Source: Chiloscyllium plagiosum (taxonomy: Eukaryota). From it: a DNA stretch of 64,000 nucleotides. This document shows positions 13,744 through 26,429 of the stretch, one piece after another. A program made the translations under genes and the position numbers. Position 1 is the first letter of the stretch; every line of letters begins with the position of its first letter. The DNA is taken from contig NC_057720.1 in the NCBI RefSeq assembly GCF_004010195.1, forward strand, positions 5,306,177 to 5,370,176, in the 5' to 3' direction. Below the pieces are notes generated by a model. That model saw only the letters and a program-made list of their open reading frames with translations, was not told the DNA's origin and ran no database searches.

Positions 13744-14560
13744 CATATATATTCGTGTACAGATTGATGTAAGCCGACCCCTTATTTTTGGCCAAAAAAT
13801 CTTGTATTTTCCATATATCTCATGTATAGGTCAACCTTAATATATCACATTAAATCGCATTAATTGTGATAACGCTATTCTTGCTCTTTATTTACTATAT
13901 TGCATCTCTATTCATTCATTACTCTACTTGGTTTACTACAGCATGTTTTGATTCATTCATTCATTCAGACCAGTACTAAGTCTAAGTCTATCAGTACTTA
14001 TTGCACTTTGTTCACTATACATCCAAAAGTTAATATCATTAAAAAGTTAATCATTTTAATTGTGCCATTATATCCGAATAAAATGGAGATATATTAGCTA
14101 CATACCAGCACATCTTTCATTCTTTTGACAAATGTGTTAATGTTGCTGAGGTTCAAAACATATGAGTACAAATGGAAGGGAAATGGAAGAATTTGGTGGG
14201 CAAGTTCAAGATGCTTCCACACTGAATGTAATAAATGTTTCATTTTAAGTGTGCCATCATACCAGGCCACAACGGTGTCGAAGAGTGTGATTTTCCAGGA
14301 TTTCAATGAATCTTTGACATGTTAAATTTTCAAACCAGTCTCTTGCTTTTATCTGGTAATTACATTTACCATAATGCATTGCTTTTCTTCTTTATGTGGG
14401 ATTAGTTGTGAGATCAAATCATTGTTTCTAATAATACAGTTTTTGAACTGCTGCATGAATTTCAGCCCCTCAAAACTTGTGCCCTTGTATTAGACGACTC
14501 CTTACTTGCACCTTAAAAAAAAATCTTCAAAATTTGACCTATACATGAATATATATGGCA
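13744..14560. mobile_element. Non-autonomous pogo/Tc2-like DNA transposon relic
   Basis: Inverted termini catatatattcgtgtacag (13745) and catatatctcatgtataggtcaa (13812) versus ttgacctatacatgaatatatatg (14534-14557) resemble CGTATATACTCGAGTATAAG-type TIRs. There is no intact transposase. Confidence 0.55.
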
Positions 14561-14727
14561 ATCAGGGATGAGAGAGTCAAGTATGCAGCCAGTTGAAGAG
14601 TTACTCAAGAGTTATGCACTTTATTTCACAGTCTAATTTTTCCAAAGTAACTACAGCAAACTTTGTTTTCAGCAGCACCTTATCAACCAGGAGCACTCTT
14701 GATAAACTGGCAAAGTTTATCATAAAG

Positions 14728-15088
14728 TCAGAGTCAGAAAGATGTGCAGCACGCAAACAGACCCTTCAGTCCAACTCGTCTATGCTGACCAAATATCCCA
14801 ACCTAATCTAGTCCCACCTGCCAGCACCCAATCCCTATCCCTCCAAACCCTTCCTATTCATATACCCATTCAGATGCCTTTTAAATGTTGCAACTGTACG
14901 AGTCTCCATCACATCTTCTGGCAGCTCATTCCATACACATACCACTCTCTGCGTGAAAAAGTTGCCCCTTAGGTCTCTTTTGTATCTTTCCCCCCTCACC
15001 TTAAATCTATGCCCTCTAGTTCTGGACTCCCCCACCCCAGGGAAGAAACTTTGTCTATTCATCCTTTCCATGCCCCTCATGATTTTAT
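14728..15088 (-). mobile_element. CR1 LINE 3' fragment
   Basis: ORF 14835..15092(-) reads KIMRGMERMNRQSFFP..FFTQRVVCVWNELP. Confidence 0.9.
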
Positions 15089-15435
15089 CCAATACTGCAA
15101 TCTACCATGATGTTCAAGTAATTATGCTATAAATAAATAATAGCGGCGTGTGTACCCTCTTCATTAAGTTTCTATTACTTATTGTGTTGTCACATTGATT
15201 TTAGGTGTGATATTTTGTGCATAGATTTTTTGAGGGACGTTGATGGCTTGAAGCTTCACTTGGTCAGGGCTTGTACTGTGGTTATGTGTACCACTTTATT
15301 ACCTGGAATGCTTGATTAACCGGCAGACTCCTGGTTCCATAGGTGCCAATTCATAAAAAGTTGCTGTATTTACATAATTTCATTGGAACCCTCTGAATTA
15401 TCTGTTTATATGGAGAGCTTTGAAGGGTTCCAGGT

Positions 15436-15780
15436 AAAAACAATGACTGCAGATGCTGGGAACCAGATTCTGAGTTAGAGTGGTGCTGGAAGAGCACAGC
15501 AGTTCAGGCAGCATCCGAGAAGCAGGAAAATCAACGTTTCGGGCAAAAGCCCTTCATCAGGAATAGAGGCAGAGTGCCTGCAGGGTGGAAAGATAAATGA
15601 GAGGAGGGTGGGGGTGGGGAGAAAGTAGCATAGAGTACAATAGGTGAATGGGGGTGGGGATGAAGGTGATAGGTCAGAGAGGAGGGTGGAGTGGATAGGT
15701 GGAAAAGAAGATAAGTAGGTAGGACAAGTCATGGGGACAGTGCTGAACTGGAAGTTTGGAACTAGGGTGAGGTGGGGGAA
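15436..15780 (-). mobile_element. Penelope-like element 3' end with hammerhead motif at 15533-15560
   Basis: Same architecture as 53243-53490: a pyrimidine-rich UTR, then CTGATGA-AGGGC-TTTT-GCCC-GAAA-CGTT, then the ggatgctgcctgaactgctgtgctcttccagc tail. Confidence 0.75.
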
Positions 15781-16149
15781 AGAGAGGGTTCCAGGTGCAG
15801 TTCCCAGGCAGTTCCTTCAATTCTGCAGTGTGTCCACGCTCAACTCCCATCTATGTTGGAACAGCAACCAGTCATCAAAGTCTGGGCCAATTAACCTACC
15901 GCCAGGGCTAGAAAGCGTGTATTGATGGCAGTGTACAAGCTGTCATGTCACACATGACAAGATTTTTTGGAATCAAGATACAGTTTGTATTGATGATGTC
16001 AACATTTAAGGATGCCTTAGCTACCTGTTGGAAAACAGTTAAGTAGCATTTCGTAATCAACTTACTGTTTGCTACTTATTGTGCAACTGCTACCATAATT
16101 CTGTTAAAGATGAAGGTCTAACAAAGGTATGAAAACTTCATTCAACAGG

Positions 16150-16460
16150 TTCACTATATTGACTCCAGAGGTGAACGGCTTATCTTATGAAGAGAGGTTG
16201 AGTAGTTTAGGCATATTCTGACTGGAGTTAGAGAAATGAGAGGAAATCTAATTAAGACATACAAAGTGCAAAAGAGGATTGGCAAAGTAGACAGAGAAAA
16301 GAGGTCTTCTCACATGGGGCAATCTAGAACTAGATTTCAGGATAAGGGATAGGAGATTTAAAAGACTGGAGGAGAAATTAGTTCTCAAGTGGTCAAGTGG
16401 AATTCAGTAGACCAGCATGTACTGGATGTTGGGGTAAGTAGTAAATTTGAGGAGATCGAC
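16150..16460 (+). mobile_element. Old CR1 3' fragment, left half (right half at 24346-24480)
   Basis: cttatcttatgaagagaggttgagtagtttagg..ggagatcgac joins agatttttgatt..gggctgaattgcctactcc once the intervening element is removed. Confidence 0.7.
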
Positions 16461-16891
16461 CGGGTGATCCATGATGGAGGATGGGAAAAATGTCTCGCTG
16501 TAACATGCAGCTCCTTTTTTGAACTACTTTAGATGTTGGAGGTGATTTCCCTGAGCTCCAGGATCAGCAATTACTGTTTTATATGCTGTTGCACTATTGT
16601 GGAACTTTGAGGAAAAAAAGTCAAAACAACAGCACCTTTAAAAGGGAGAGGAACAGACAAAGGCAGCACATGGTCTGTCAGTGCAGGAGAGAGAGCGAGT
16701 ATGTGAAAGAAACCCACACTGCTAACTGAAAGCAGTGAACCTGTGCAGTTACAGTCTTTGCTGTTTGAATTAATATATCGCTGGACATCAGAGAGCATCT
16801 AGGATATGAAATTCACAACTGATCTTGGAGGAACCTGTTTGGGAGAGGTCACAGCACAGAAACAGATAAGTGAAAAGTCTTAGATGTGGAC

Positions 16892-17117
16892 ACAGTGAAG
16901 TCTGCAGATGCTGGAGATCAGAGTTGAGTCTGTGGTGTTGGAAAGGTACAGCAGGTCAGGGAGCATCTGAGGAGGAAGAAAATCGACATTTCGGGCCAGA
17001 GCCCTTCATCAGGAATGGCCACCAGGAATTCCTGATAAAGGGCTCTGACCTGAAATGTCGATTATCCTGCTCCTTGAATGCTGCCTGACCTGCTGTGCTT
17101 TTCCAGCACCACACTCA
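16892..17117. repeat. Palindromic hammerhead-bearing mini-element in the CR1 5' UTR
   Basis: Inverted arms around aggaatggccaccaggaattcct. The minus-strand motif CTGATGA-AGGGC-TCTG-GCCC-GAAA-TGTC is at 16985-17012, and a decayed plus copy is at 17032-17059. Confidence 0.8.
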
Positions 17118-18378
17118 GTTTTAAGTGAAGCCTTTCTGCAAGTCTGCAGTAGTGAGTAGAGTGGGTTCTCTCCTGATTAAATGTTTTATCGAGATACTTT
17201 TCTTAATTAAACTTAAAAATATAAGCCATAAGTATTAAGTTAGCCTGGAGCTGTGTTTGTAGATGAATAAGACAGTGCTATTTTCTGGGTCTAAGACTGA
17301 AAGCAGCAAAAATGGCCCTTAGTAGAGTGATATGCTCTTCTTGTTGGATGTGGGAATTTAGGGAGCGTTTACAGGTTACTGTGGATTATATCTGCAATAA
17401 ATGCTGTTGGTTGTGAATCCTACCAGAGTGAAAGGATCAGTTGGAGCGTCAGCTAGAGACAACGAGGAATAGACAAAAGCAAGAGGGTGCGATGAACGGC
17501 AGTTATAGGAAGGAAGAAAAGCTGCAGATACAGTTACACAGATGAGGTAACTCGAAGAAAGATGAGAGGTAGGCAGGTAATGCACGAGTCTTCTGTGGCG
17601 ATCCCAATTTCAAAACAGTATGCTGTTTTGGAAAATGTAGGAGGTGATGGATTCTCAGGGGAATGTAGCATGAACAGCCAAGTTTCTGGTATCAAGACTG
17701 TCTCCAATGTAATGAGGACTACGTCGGGTTCCAAGAGATCAATTGTGTTTGGGGACTCTAGTCCAAGACACAGGCAGATGTTTCTGTGGCCAGCAGCGAA
17801 AAATCAGAATGGTGTTGCTTCACTGGTGCCAGGATCAAGGATGTCTCAGAGAGGATGCAGAATGTTCTAGGGGGAAGAGGGTCCAGCAGGAGGCCATTGT
17901 ACACATTGGAACCAACGACGTAGGAAGGGAAAAGAATGAAATTCTGATGATAGAAAAACAGTTAGGCAGGAATTTAAAAATGAGGTGCTGGAGAGTAGTA
18001 ATATCTGGATTACTCTTGGTGCTATGAGCTAGTAAGGGTTGGAATAAGAGGATAGAGCAGATGAATGCATGGCTTAGGAGATGGTAAATGGGAGACGGAT
18101 TCATTTTTTGGATCATTGGAATCTCTTCTAGGGTAGAAGTGACCTGTACAAGAAGGACGGATTGCATCTGACTTGGAAGGCGACTAATATACTGGCAGGG
18201 AGGAGAATTGCTGGACCTGCTCGAGAGGATTTAAATGAGTGGGGGGGGATGGTAGAGAGGAGAGAGCGAGCGAGAGCGAGAGACACCCAGGGAGATAGTA
18301 AGGAAAAATCAATCGGAGACTGGTATAGTTGATAAAAGCAGCGAGTCAAAGAGTCAGGGCAGGCAAGGACAAATAGGG

Positions 18379-18594
18379 CTGAAAATGTGTTGCTGGAAAA
18401 GCGCAGCAGGTCAGGCAGCATCCAAGGAACAGGAGAATCGACGTTTCGGGCATAGCCCTTCGGCAGCATCCAAGGAACAGGATGCCCGAAACGTCGATTC
18501 TCCTGTTCCTTGGATGCTGCCTGACCTGCTACGCTTTTCCAGCAACACATTTTCAGCTCTGATCTCCAGCATCTGCAGTCCTCACTTTCTCCTC
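18379..18594. repeat. Palindromic mini-element with 15-bp TSD (hammerhead cores disrupted)
   Basis: Near-perfect inverted arms of ~70 bp. Flanking direct repeat caaggacaaataggg (18364-18378) / caaagacaaataggg (18595-18609). Confidence 0.88.
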
Positions 18595-20276
18595 CAAAGA
18601 CAAATAGGGAACAAGGTAGGACTGAAGAATTAAACAGCATTTATATCAATGAGAGGGGCTGAACAGGGAAGGCAAATGAACTCAGGGCATGGTTAGAAAC
18701 ATGGGACATATCAGAACTATTACAGAAACGTGGCTCAGGGATGGACTGGACTGGCAGCTTAATGTTCTGGAAACAAATGTGACAGGAAGGACAGCAAGGG
18801 AGGCAAAGAGTAAGGGTGAATGGCTTTTTGATCAGGGTTGGCATTACAGCTGTACTGAGGGAAGATGTTCCCAGAAATATATCCAGGGAGGTTATTTGGG
18901 ATGAACGGAGAAATAAGAAAGGAATGATCACTTTATTGGGATTGTATTATAGACCCCGGAATAGTCAGTGGGAAATTGAGAAACAAATTCATAAGGTGAT
19001 GTCAGCTGTTTGTAAGAATAATAGGGTGGTTACAGTAGGGGATTTTAACCTTCCAAACATAGATTGGGACTGCCACAGTGTTAAGGGTTTAGACGGAGAG
19101 GAATTTGCTAAGTGCATACAAATACATTAAGGACAGAAGGATAACTAGGGAGAGAATAGGGCCCCTCAAAGATCAGCAAGGCGGCCTTTGTGTAGAGGCA
19201 CAGAAAATGGGGGAGATATTAAATCAGTATTTTGCATCAGTATTTACTGTGGAAAAGGACATGGAAGATATAGAATGGAGGGAAACAGATGGTGACACCT
19301 TGCAAAACTTCCATATTATGGAAGAGGAAGTGCTGGATGTCTTGAAACGCATAAAGGCGGATAAATCCCCAGGACCTGATCAGGTGCACCCCAGAGCTCT
19401 GTGGGAAGCTAGAGATGCGATTGCTGGACCTCGTGCTGAGGTATTTATATCATCGATAGTCACCGGTCAGGTGCCGGAAGACTGGAGGTTGGCTAACGTG
19501 GTGCCACTGTTTAAGAAGGGTGGAAGAAGGGTGGTAAGGACAAGCCAGGGAACTATAGACCAGTGAGCCTGACGTCGATGTTAGGCACGTTGTTGGAGGG
19601 AATCCTGAGGAACAGGATGTACATGTATTTGGAAAGGCAAGGACTGATTAGGAATAGTCAACATGGTTTTGTGCATGGGAAATCATGTCTCACAAACTTG
19701 ATTGAGTTTTTTGAGGAAGTAACAGAGGATTGATGAGGGCAGAGCAGTAGATGCGATCAGTAAGGCGTTCGACAAGGTTCCCCATGGGAGATTGGTTAGC
19801 AAGGTTAGATCTCACGGAATAAAGAGGGAAGTAGCCATTTGGATCGAGAACTGGCTCAAAAAGGCAGAAGACAGAGGGTGGTGGTGGTGGAGGGCTGTTT
19901 ATTAGACTAGAGGCCTGTGACCAGTCAAGTACCACAAAGATCGGTGCTGGATCCACTACTTTTTATCATTTATATAAATGATTTGGATGCGAGCATAAGT
20001 AGTACAGTTAGTAAGTTTGCAGATGACCCCAAAATTGGATGTGTAGTGGACAGCGAAGGTGGTTACTTCAGATTACAACAGGATCTTGACCAGATGGGCC
20101 AATAGCTGAGATGTGGCAGATGGAGTTTAATTCAGATAAATGCGATGTGTTGCATTTTGGGAAAGCAAATCTTAGCAGAACTTATACACTTAATGGTAAG
20201 GTCCCAGGGAGCATTGTTGAACAAAGAGACCTTGGAGTGCAGGTTCATGGCTCCTTGAAAGTGGAGTCACAGGTAC

Positions 20277-20980
20277 AGAATAGAATAGAATAGAATAGAA
20301 TAGAATAGAATAGAATAGAATAGAATAGAATAGAATAGAAGAATACAGCACAGTACAGGCCCTTTGGCCCTCGATGTTGCGCCGATCCAAGCCCACCTAA
20401 CCTACACTAGCCCACTATCCTCCATATGCCTATCAAATGCCCGCTTAAATGCCCATAAAGAGGGAGAGTCCACCACTGCTACTGGCAGGGCATTCCATGA
20501 ACTCACGACTCACTGAGTAAAGAACCTACCCCTAACATCTGTCCTATACCTACCACCCCTTAATTTAAAGCTATGCCCCCTCGTAATAGCTGACTCCATA
20601 CGTGGAAAAAGGTTCTCATGGTCAACCCTATCTAAACCCCTAATCATCTTGTACACTTCTGTCAAGTCACCCCTAAACCTTCTTTTCTCCAATGAAAACA
20701 ACCCCAAGTGCCTCAGCCTTTCCTCATACGATCTTCCTACCGTACCAGGCAACATCCTGGTAAACCTCCTCTGCACCCTTTCCAGTGCCTCCACATCCTT
20801 CCTATAGTATGACGACCAAAACTGCACACAATACTCCAGATGCGGCCGCACCAGAGTCTGATACAACTGCAACATGACCTCAGGACTTGGGAACTCAATT
20901 CCTCTACCAATAAAAGCTAGTAGGCCATATGCCTTCTTCACCGCACTATTTACCTGGGTGGCAACTTTCAAAGATCTGTG
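20277..20980 (-). mobile_element. CR1 of a second subfamily, 3' fragment with (TTCTA)n tail
   Basis: The C-terminal half of ORF 20510..21325(-) reads SLKVATQVNSAVKKAYG..RPHLEYCVQFWS..RGRFFTQ. The host CR1 rejoins as cacaggta|gataggatagtg. Confidence 0.9.
20278..20343. repeat. (GAATA)n microsatellite, ~13 units (LINE tail)
   Basis: Read directly from the sequence. Confidence 0.95.
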
Positions 20981-22533
20981 TACAAGATAGATAGGATAGT
21001 GAAGGTGACGTTTGGTATGCTTTCTTTTATTGGTCAGAGTATTGAGAACAGGAGTTGGGAGGTCATCTTGCAGCTGTACAGGATATTTGCTAGACCACTG
21101 TTGGAATACTATGTACAATTCTGGTCTCCTTCCTATCGGAAAGATGTTGTGAAACTTGAAAGGGTTTAGAAAAGATTTACAAGGATGTTGCCAGGGTTGG
21201 AGGATTTGAGCTATAGGGAGAGGCTGAACAGGCTGGGGCTGTTTTCCCTGGAGCGTCGGAGGCTGAGGGGTGACCTGATAGAGGTTTACAAAATTATGAG
21301 GGGCATGGATAGGATAAATAGACAAAGTCTTTTCCCTGGGGTTGGGGAGTGCAGAATTAGAGGGCTTAGGTTTAGGGCAAGAGGGGAAAGATATAAAAGA
21401 GACCTAAGGGCAACCTTTTCACACAGAGGGTAGTACATGTATGAAATGAACTGCCAGAGGAAGTGTTGGAGGCTGGTACAACTGCAACATTTCAAAGGCA
21501 TTTGGATGGGTATATGAATAGGAAGGGTTTGGAGGAATATGGGCTGGGTGCTGGCAGGTGGGACTAGATTGGGTTGGGATATCTGGTTGGCACGGACGGG
21601 TTGGCTCAAAGGGTCTGTTTCCATGCTGTACAACTCTATGACTCTAAGTAAATTTTCTGAGTATGTGGATGTACCTACCAGAGAAGGTACAAAACGTGAC
21701 CTACTCTTGGGAAATAAGCCAGAGCAGGTGACTGAGGTGTCAGTGGGCGAGTATGATGGGGCCAGCGACCATAATTCTACTAATTTTAAAATAGTGATGG
21801 AAAAGGATAGACCAGATCTAAATGTTGAACTTCTAAATTGGCGGAAGGCTAATTTTGATGGTATTAGCCAAGAACTTTCAAAAGCTGATTGGGGGTACAC
21901 GTTCGAAGGTAAAGAGATGGTAGGAAAATGGGAAGCCTTCAGAAATGAGATAACGAGAGTTCAGAGACAAGATATTCCTGTTACGGTGCAAGAAAACACT
22001 GGTAGGTGTAGGGAACACTGGATAACTAAACAAGAAATTGAGGGTTTGGTTAAGAAAAACAACTGTAGTCAGAAAGAGACAGGATAGATCGAGTGAATCC
22101 TTAGAAGAGTATAAAGGCAGTAAGAGTATACTTAAGAGGGAGAATCAGGAGGACTAAAAGGGGGCATGAGGTAGCTTTTGCAAATAGAGTTAAGGAGGAT
22201 CCAGGAGGGTTTATACAAAAACATTACAGACAAAAAGGGTAGCTAGGAAGAAAACAGGGTCCCTCAAAGATCAGCAAGGTGGCTTATGTGTGGAGCTACA
22301 GGAGATGGGGAAAGATACTAAATCAGTATTTTGCATCAGTGCTTATTGTGAAAAAGGACAAGAAAGATGTAGAGTGCAGGGAAATTGATCGTGACATCTT
22401 GAAAAGTGTCCATATCACAGAGGAGGAAGTGCTGGATGTCTCGAAGTGCATAAATGCTCAGGACCTGATCAGGTATACCAGAGAACTCTGGAAGCTAGGG
22501 AAGTGATTGCTGAGCCTCTTGCTGAGATATTTG

Positions 22534-22859
22534 ATTAATTAGATTAGATTCCGCTACAGTGTGGAAACAGGCACTTTGGTCCAGCAAGTCAACACCGACC
22601 CTTCGAAGAGTAACCCACCCAGACCAATTTCCCTCTCACTAAGGCTCCTAACATTATGGGCAATTTAGCATGGCCAATTCACCTGACCTGCACATCTTTG
22701 TGACTGTGGGACGAAACCAGAGCACCCAGAGGAAACCCACGCAGATTCTGGGAGAATGTGCAAACTCCACATAGACAGTCGCCAGAGGCTGAAATAGAAC
22801 CTGGGTCCCTGGCGCTGTGAGGCAGCAGTGTTAACCACTGAGCCACGGTGCCACCCATC
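22534..22859 (-). mobile_element. HE1-type tRNA-derived V-SINE
   Basis: Minus strand: ggcaccgtggctcagtgg (box A), ggttctatttc (box B-like), V-domain ctgcgtgggtttcctctgggtgctctggttt, CR1-derived tail and (TCTAA)n end. atttg is duplicated at the flanks. Confidence 0.9.
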
Positions 22860-25469
22860 ATTTGTATCATCAATAGTCACAGGGGAGATGCCAGAAGATT
22901 GGAGGCAGGCTAACGTGGCGCCACTGTTTAAGAAAGGTGGTAATGACAACCTAGGGAACTATAGACCAGTGAGCCTGACATCGGCAGTGGGCACGTTGTT
23001 GGAGGGAATCCTGAGGGACAGGATGTACATGTATTTAGAAAGGCAAAGGCTGATTAGGGATAGTCAACATGGCTTTGTGCATGGGACATTGTGTCTCACA
23101 AACTTGATTGAATTTTTGAAGAAGTGAGGAGGAAGACTGATGAGGGCAGAACAGAGGATGTGATCTATATGGACTTCAGTAAGGCGTTTGACAAGGTTCC
23201 TCATGGTAGACTGGTTAGCAAGGTTAGATATCATAAAATACAGGGAGAACTAGCCATTTGGATACAGAATTGTCTTAAAGGTAGAAAAGAGAGGGTGGTG
23301 GTGGAGGGTTGTTTTTCAGACTGGAGACCTGTGACTAGTGGAGGGCCACAAAGATTGGTGTTGGGCCCACTACTTTTTGTCATTTATATAAATGATTTGG
23401 ATTTGAACATAGGATGTATAGTTACTAAGTTTGCAGATGACACCAAATTGGAGGTCTGGTGGACAGCGAAAAAGGTTACTTCAGATTAAAACAGGACCTT
23501 GATCAGATGGCTAATAGGCTGAGAAGTGGCAGATGGGGTTTAATTCAGATAAAAGCGAGGTGCTGCATTTTGGGAAAGCAAATCTTAGCAGGTCTTATGC
23601 ACTTAATGGTAAGGTCCTAGGGAGTGTTGCTGAATAAAGAGACCTTGGAGTGCAGGTTCATAGCTCCTTGAAAGTAGAGTCGCAGGTAGATAGGATAGTG
23701 AAGGCAGCATTTGGTATGTTTTTCTTTATTGGTCAGAATTTTGAGTCCAGGAATTGGGAGGCCATGTTGTGGCTGTACAGAACATTGGTGAGGCCAGTTT
23801 TGAAACATTGCATGCAATTCTGGTCTCCTTCCTTTCGGAAGGATGTTGTGAAACTTGAAGGGGTTCAGAAAAGATTTACAAGGATGCTGCCAGGGTTGGA
23901 GGAGTTGAGCAATAGGGAGAGGTTGAAAAGGTTGGGGCTGCTTTCCCTTGAGCATCGGAGGCTGAGGAGTGACCTTACAGAGGTTTATAAAATCATGAGG
24001 GGCATGGATAGGATAAATGGACAAAGTCTTCTCCCTGGGGGCAGGGAGTCCAGAACTGGAGGGCATAAGTTTCAGGTGAGGGGGGAAAGATATAAGCGAG
24101 ACCCAAGGGGTAATGTTTTCACACAGAAGGTGGTACATGTATGGAATGAGTTGCCAGAGGAAGTGGTGGAAGCTAGTATAATCACAACATTTAGAAAGGC
24201 ATCTGGATGGGTATAGGAAGGGTTTAGAGGGATATGGGCCAGGTGCCGGTGGGTGGGACTAAATTGGGTTGGGATATCTGGTCAGCATGGACAAGTTGGA
24301 CTGAATGGTCTGTTTCCATGCTGTTCATCTCTATGTCTCTATGACAGATTTTTGATTCATAATGGGTCGAAGGATTATAGGAAGCAGCAAGAAAGTGGAG
24401 TTGAGATCAGCCACGATCGCATTAAATAGCGGAGCAGGCTTGAGGGGCTGAATTGCCTACTCCCACTCAGAGTTATATTGACAGTTAAAGTTGTCAGTTA
24501 CTTCTTCCTATGATCTGTTTACCTCATCACAGAAATGTCCATTCCGCTGATTAGTTATAGTGCAGAAAAGAGGAGTTTCAAGTGAGAAAAGAATTGGAAA
24601 GAAGGCAGGAAACTGTAGAAATATATCAATTTTGCATTGTTACTGACTAAAGTTTCTTACTGGCTGTTAAACAATAGCTCTCACTGAAATCTGAATTTCA
24701 AAATTGTTAGCATTATCATTTAGGCTAAAGTTACAGAAGAAAAAAATCTCATTTTGCAACGTGCAGTGAAATACATTGCCATCACGGCCTTTCAAACAAT
24801 ACCATTTCTGTTGGTACGGCGAGTGATTTCACTAAAGGAGCACTATATCTCTCAATATAAACTCCATTTTAACTAAACACGAAGACCAAACAACTTTAAC
24901 AATTCTTACTTTAAACCACACTTTGAAATAGATCCGAAAACATAAGATGTAAGAAAACATGAGCTGCAGCATGAGTTACTTATCTTAAAGTATTTTTTAT
25001 TACCAAGGAAAGAACTATAGAACCTTAACGTCTCTCATTTTCATATCTTACTCTCAGCAAATCCTCGCCTCATTTTTTCTGTTTGCCCTGCTGTTGTATA
25101 AATAGCACTAGTCGTGTGCAGGTTCTCTGTAATGTCTTTCTGCACAATGCCTATTCTTCGAGTATTGCTAGTTTGGGTGCTGATGTCCTGTGCAAGTGTG
25201 TGCTGATTCACTCTTCCTGTGGCAAAGGCAGATTTTAGTAGGAGTACTTTCTCTGTTACCTTGTTCGACTGAGTGTAGAACAAATAAAATAAAGTTCCTT
25301 TGTATTAAACACCTTTTAAGACCATATTGTCTCTCTTGATTCAAAAGTACTTTTCATTTTATTCTTATGAAGTATCAAGAGTTATTCACATTTTCATCGA
25401 CACATTTGACAGATTCTACTTCTCACCTTCCATGAGAAAGATGAGCCCCCAAATCATGTTATCTAGTGG

Positions 25470-25700
25470 CTTTCACAACTTCCCAAAGCTCTACTCAATC
25501 AATGCAAGAGTTGCAATTTGTGTTGCAGAGAAACCAATTAACATTCAACAAACAGCAATGAGACAATGTAACCACAAACTGCTAATAATACTGATTGAAG
25601 AATAAGTATTAGCTAGGAGAACAGGATCTTTTAGGCTTACTCAAAGGTAGCAGAGCTTCAGTTTAATATTTTAACAACCCAAAAGACCTTATTTCTCAAC
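25470..25700 (-). mobile_element. Degenerate DeuSINE
   Basis: cccaaagctct..caaacagcaatgagacaatg..gattgaagaataagtattagc..ggatctttta matches the reverse complement of 44790-45150. Confidence 0.5.
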
Positions 25701-25769
25701 AATGAAATCAACTTCTAAGGGTGAAAAATATTCCACAACCACTGCCTAAGGTCTGTTAATTTTTTCAAC

Positions 25770-26230
25770 AATTCTCAAGGATGTTACAGAGACTGGAGAG
25801 TTTAAGGAGAGGCTGGATAAGCTGGGACAGTTTTGTCCTGGAGAGGACACTGCGGGATGACATTAGGGGTTTATCAAATCATGAGGAGCATGGATAAAGG
25901 AAATAGCAAAGGTCTATTCCCCAGGGTAGAGGAGCCCAAACTAGATGGCATAGATTTAAGATGAGGGAAAAAGTTTAGAAGGGACCAGAAGGACAACTTT
26001 TGTTTTACAGAGGCTAGTGCATATATGGAATAAGCTGCCAGAGGAAATGGAGAAGACTGGTACAATTACAACATTTAAAAGACATTTGGACAGGTACATG
26101 GTTAGGAAAGATTTAGAGGAATAGGGGTCAAATGCAGGCAAATGGGACTAGTTCAGTTTACAAAACCCAGTCAGTATGGACGAGTTGGGCTGAAGGGTCT
26201 GTTTCCCCAATGCTGTATGACTCAATGATT
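25770..26230 (+). mobile_element. CR1 3' fragment
   Basis: Degenerate RT C-terminus and tail (gggctgaagggtctgtttcc..ctgtatgactc). Confidence 0.8.
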
Positions 26231-26429
26231 CTATTATTTCTACTTGTACCTCCTCCTGTCCCATTTCCTGATTTTTTTACACTCATCCCATTATCATCTC
26301 CTTTTACTTTGCACGAACATCCCATCTGCCATGTAATCCTTCCTGCCATCCACCTCAATCCAGCTGTGTTGAAAAGTCACCTAGGCAAAAACATCAACTC
26401 ACTTCTCTCTATTTTTATGTTGCCTGATC

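Larger units (their letters stand above)
19122..21645 (+). mobile_element. 5'-truncated CR1 inserted in the endonuclease region of the outer CR1
   Basis: At ~19122 the frame jumps from EN (GEEFAKCIQ) to the linker/RT (KYIKDRRITRERIGPL). It runs to a 3' tail at 21645, after which the outer EN resumes (YVDVPTREGTKRDLLLGN). The RT region therefore occurs twice. Confidence 0.88.
16461..24345 (+). mobile_element. Formerly full-length CR1 LINE (5' UTR, ORF1 Zn-finger/esterase ~17310-18240, ORF2 EN-RT ~18620-24220), inactivated and carrying nested insertions
   Basis: ORF1 relics: CSSCWMW..ICNKC (17332-17405), IPISKQYAVLE, IVFGDS, IVHIGTND, DGLH. ORF2 relics: [58 protein letters not shown]. Many stops and frameshifts. 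Confidence 0.88.

Noticed and set aside
20510..21325. Longest ORF in the window (271 aa)
   Set aside because: It is the antisense frame of one CR1 running into the sense frame of a nested CR1, not a gene.
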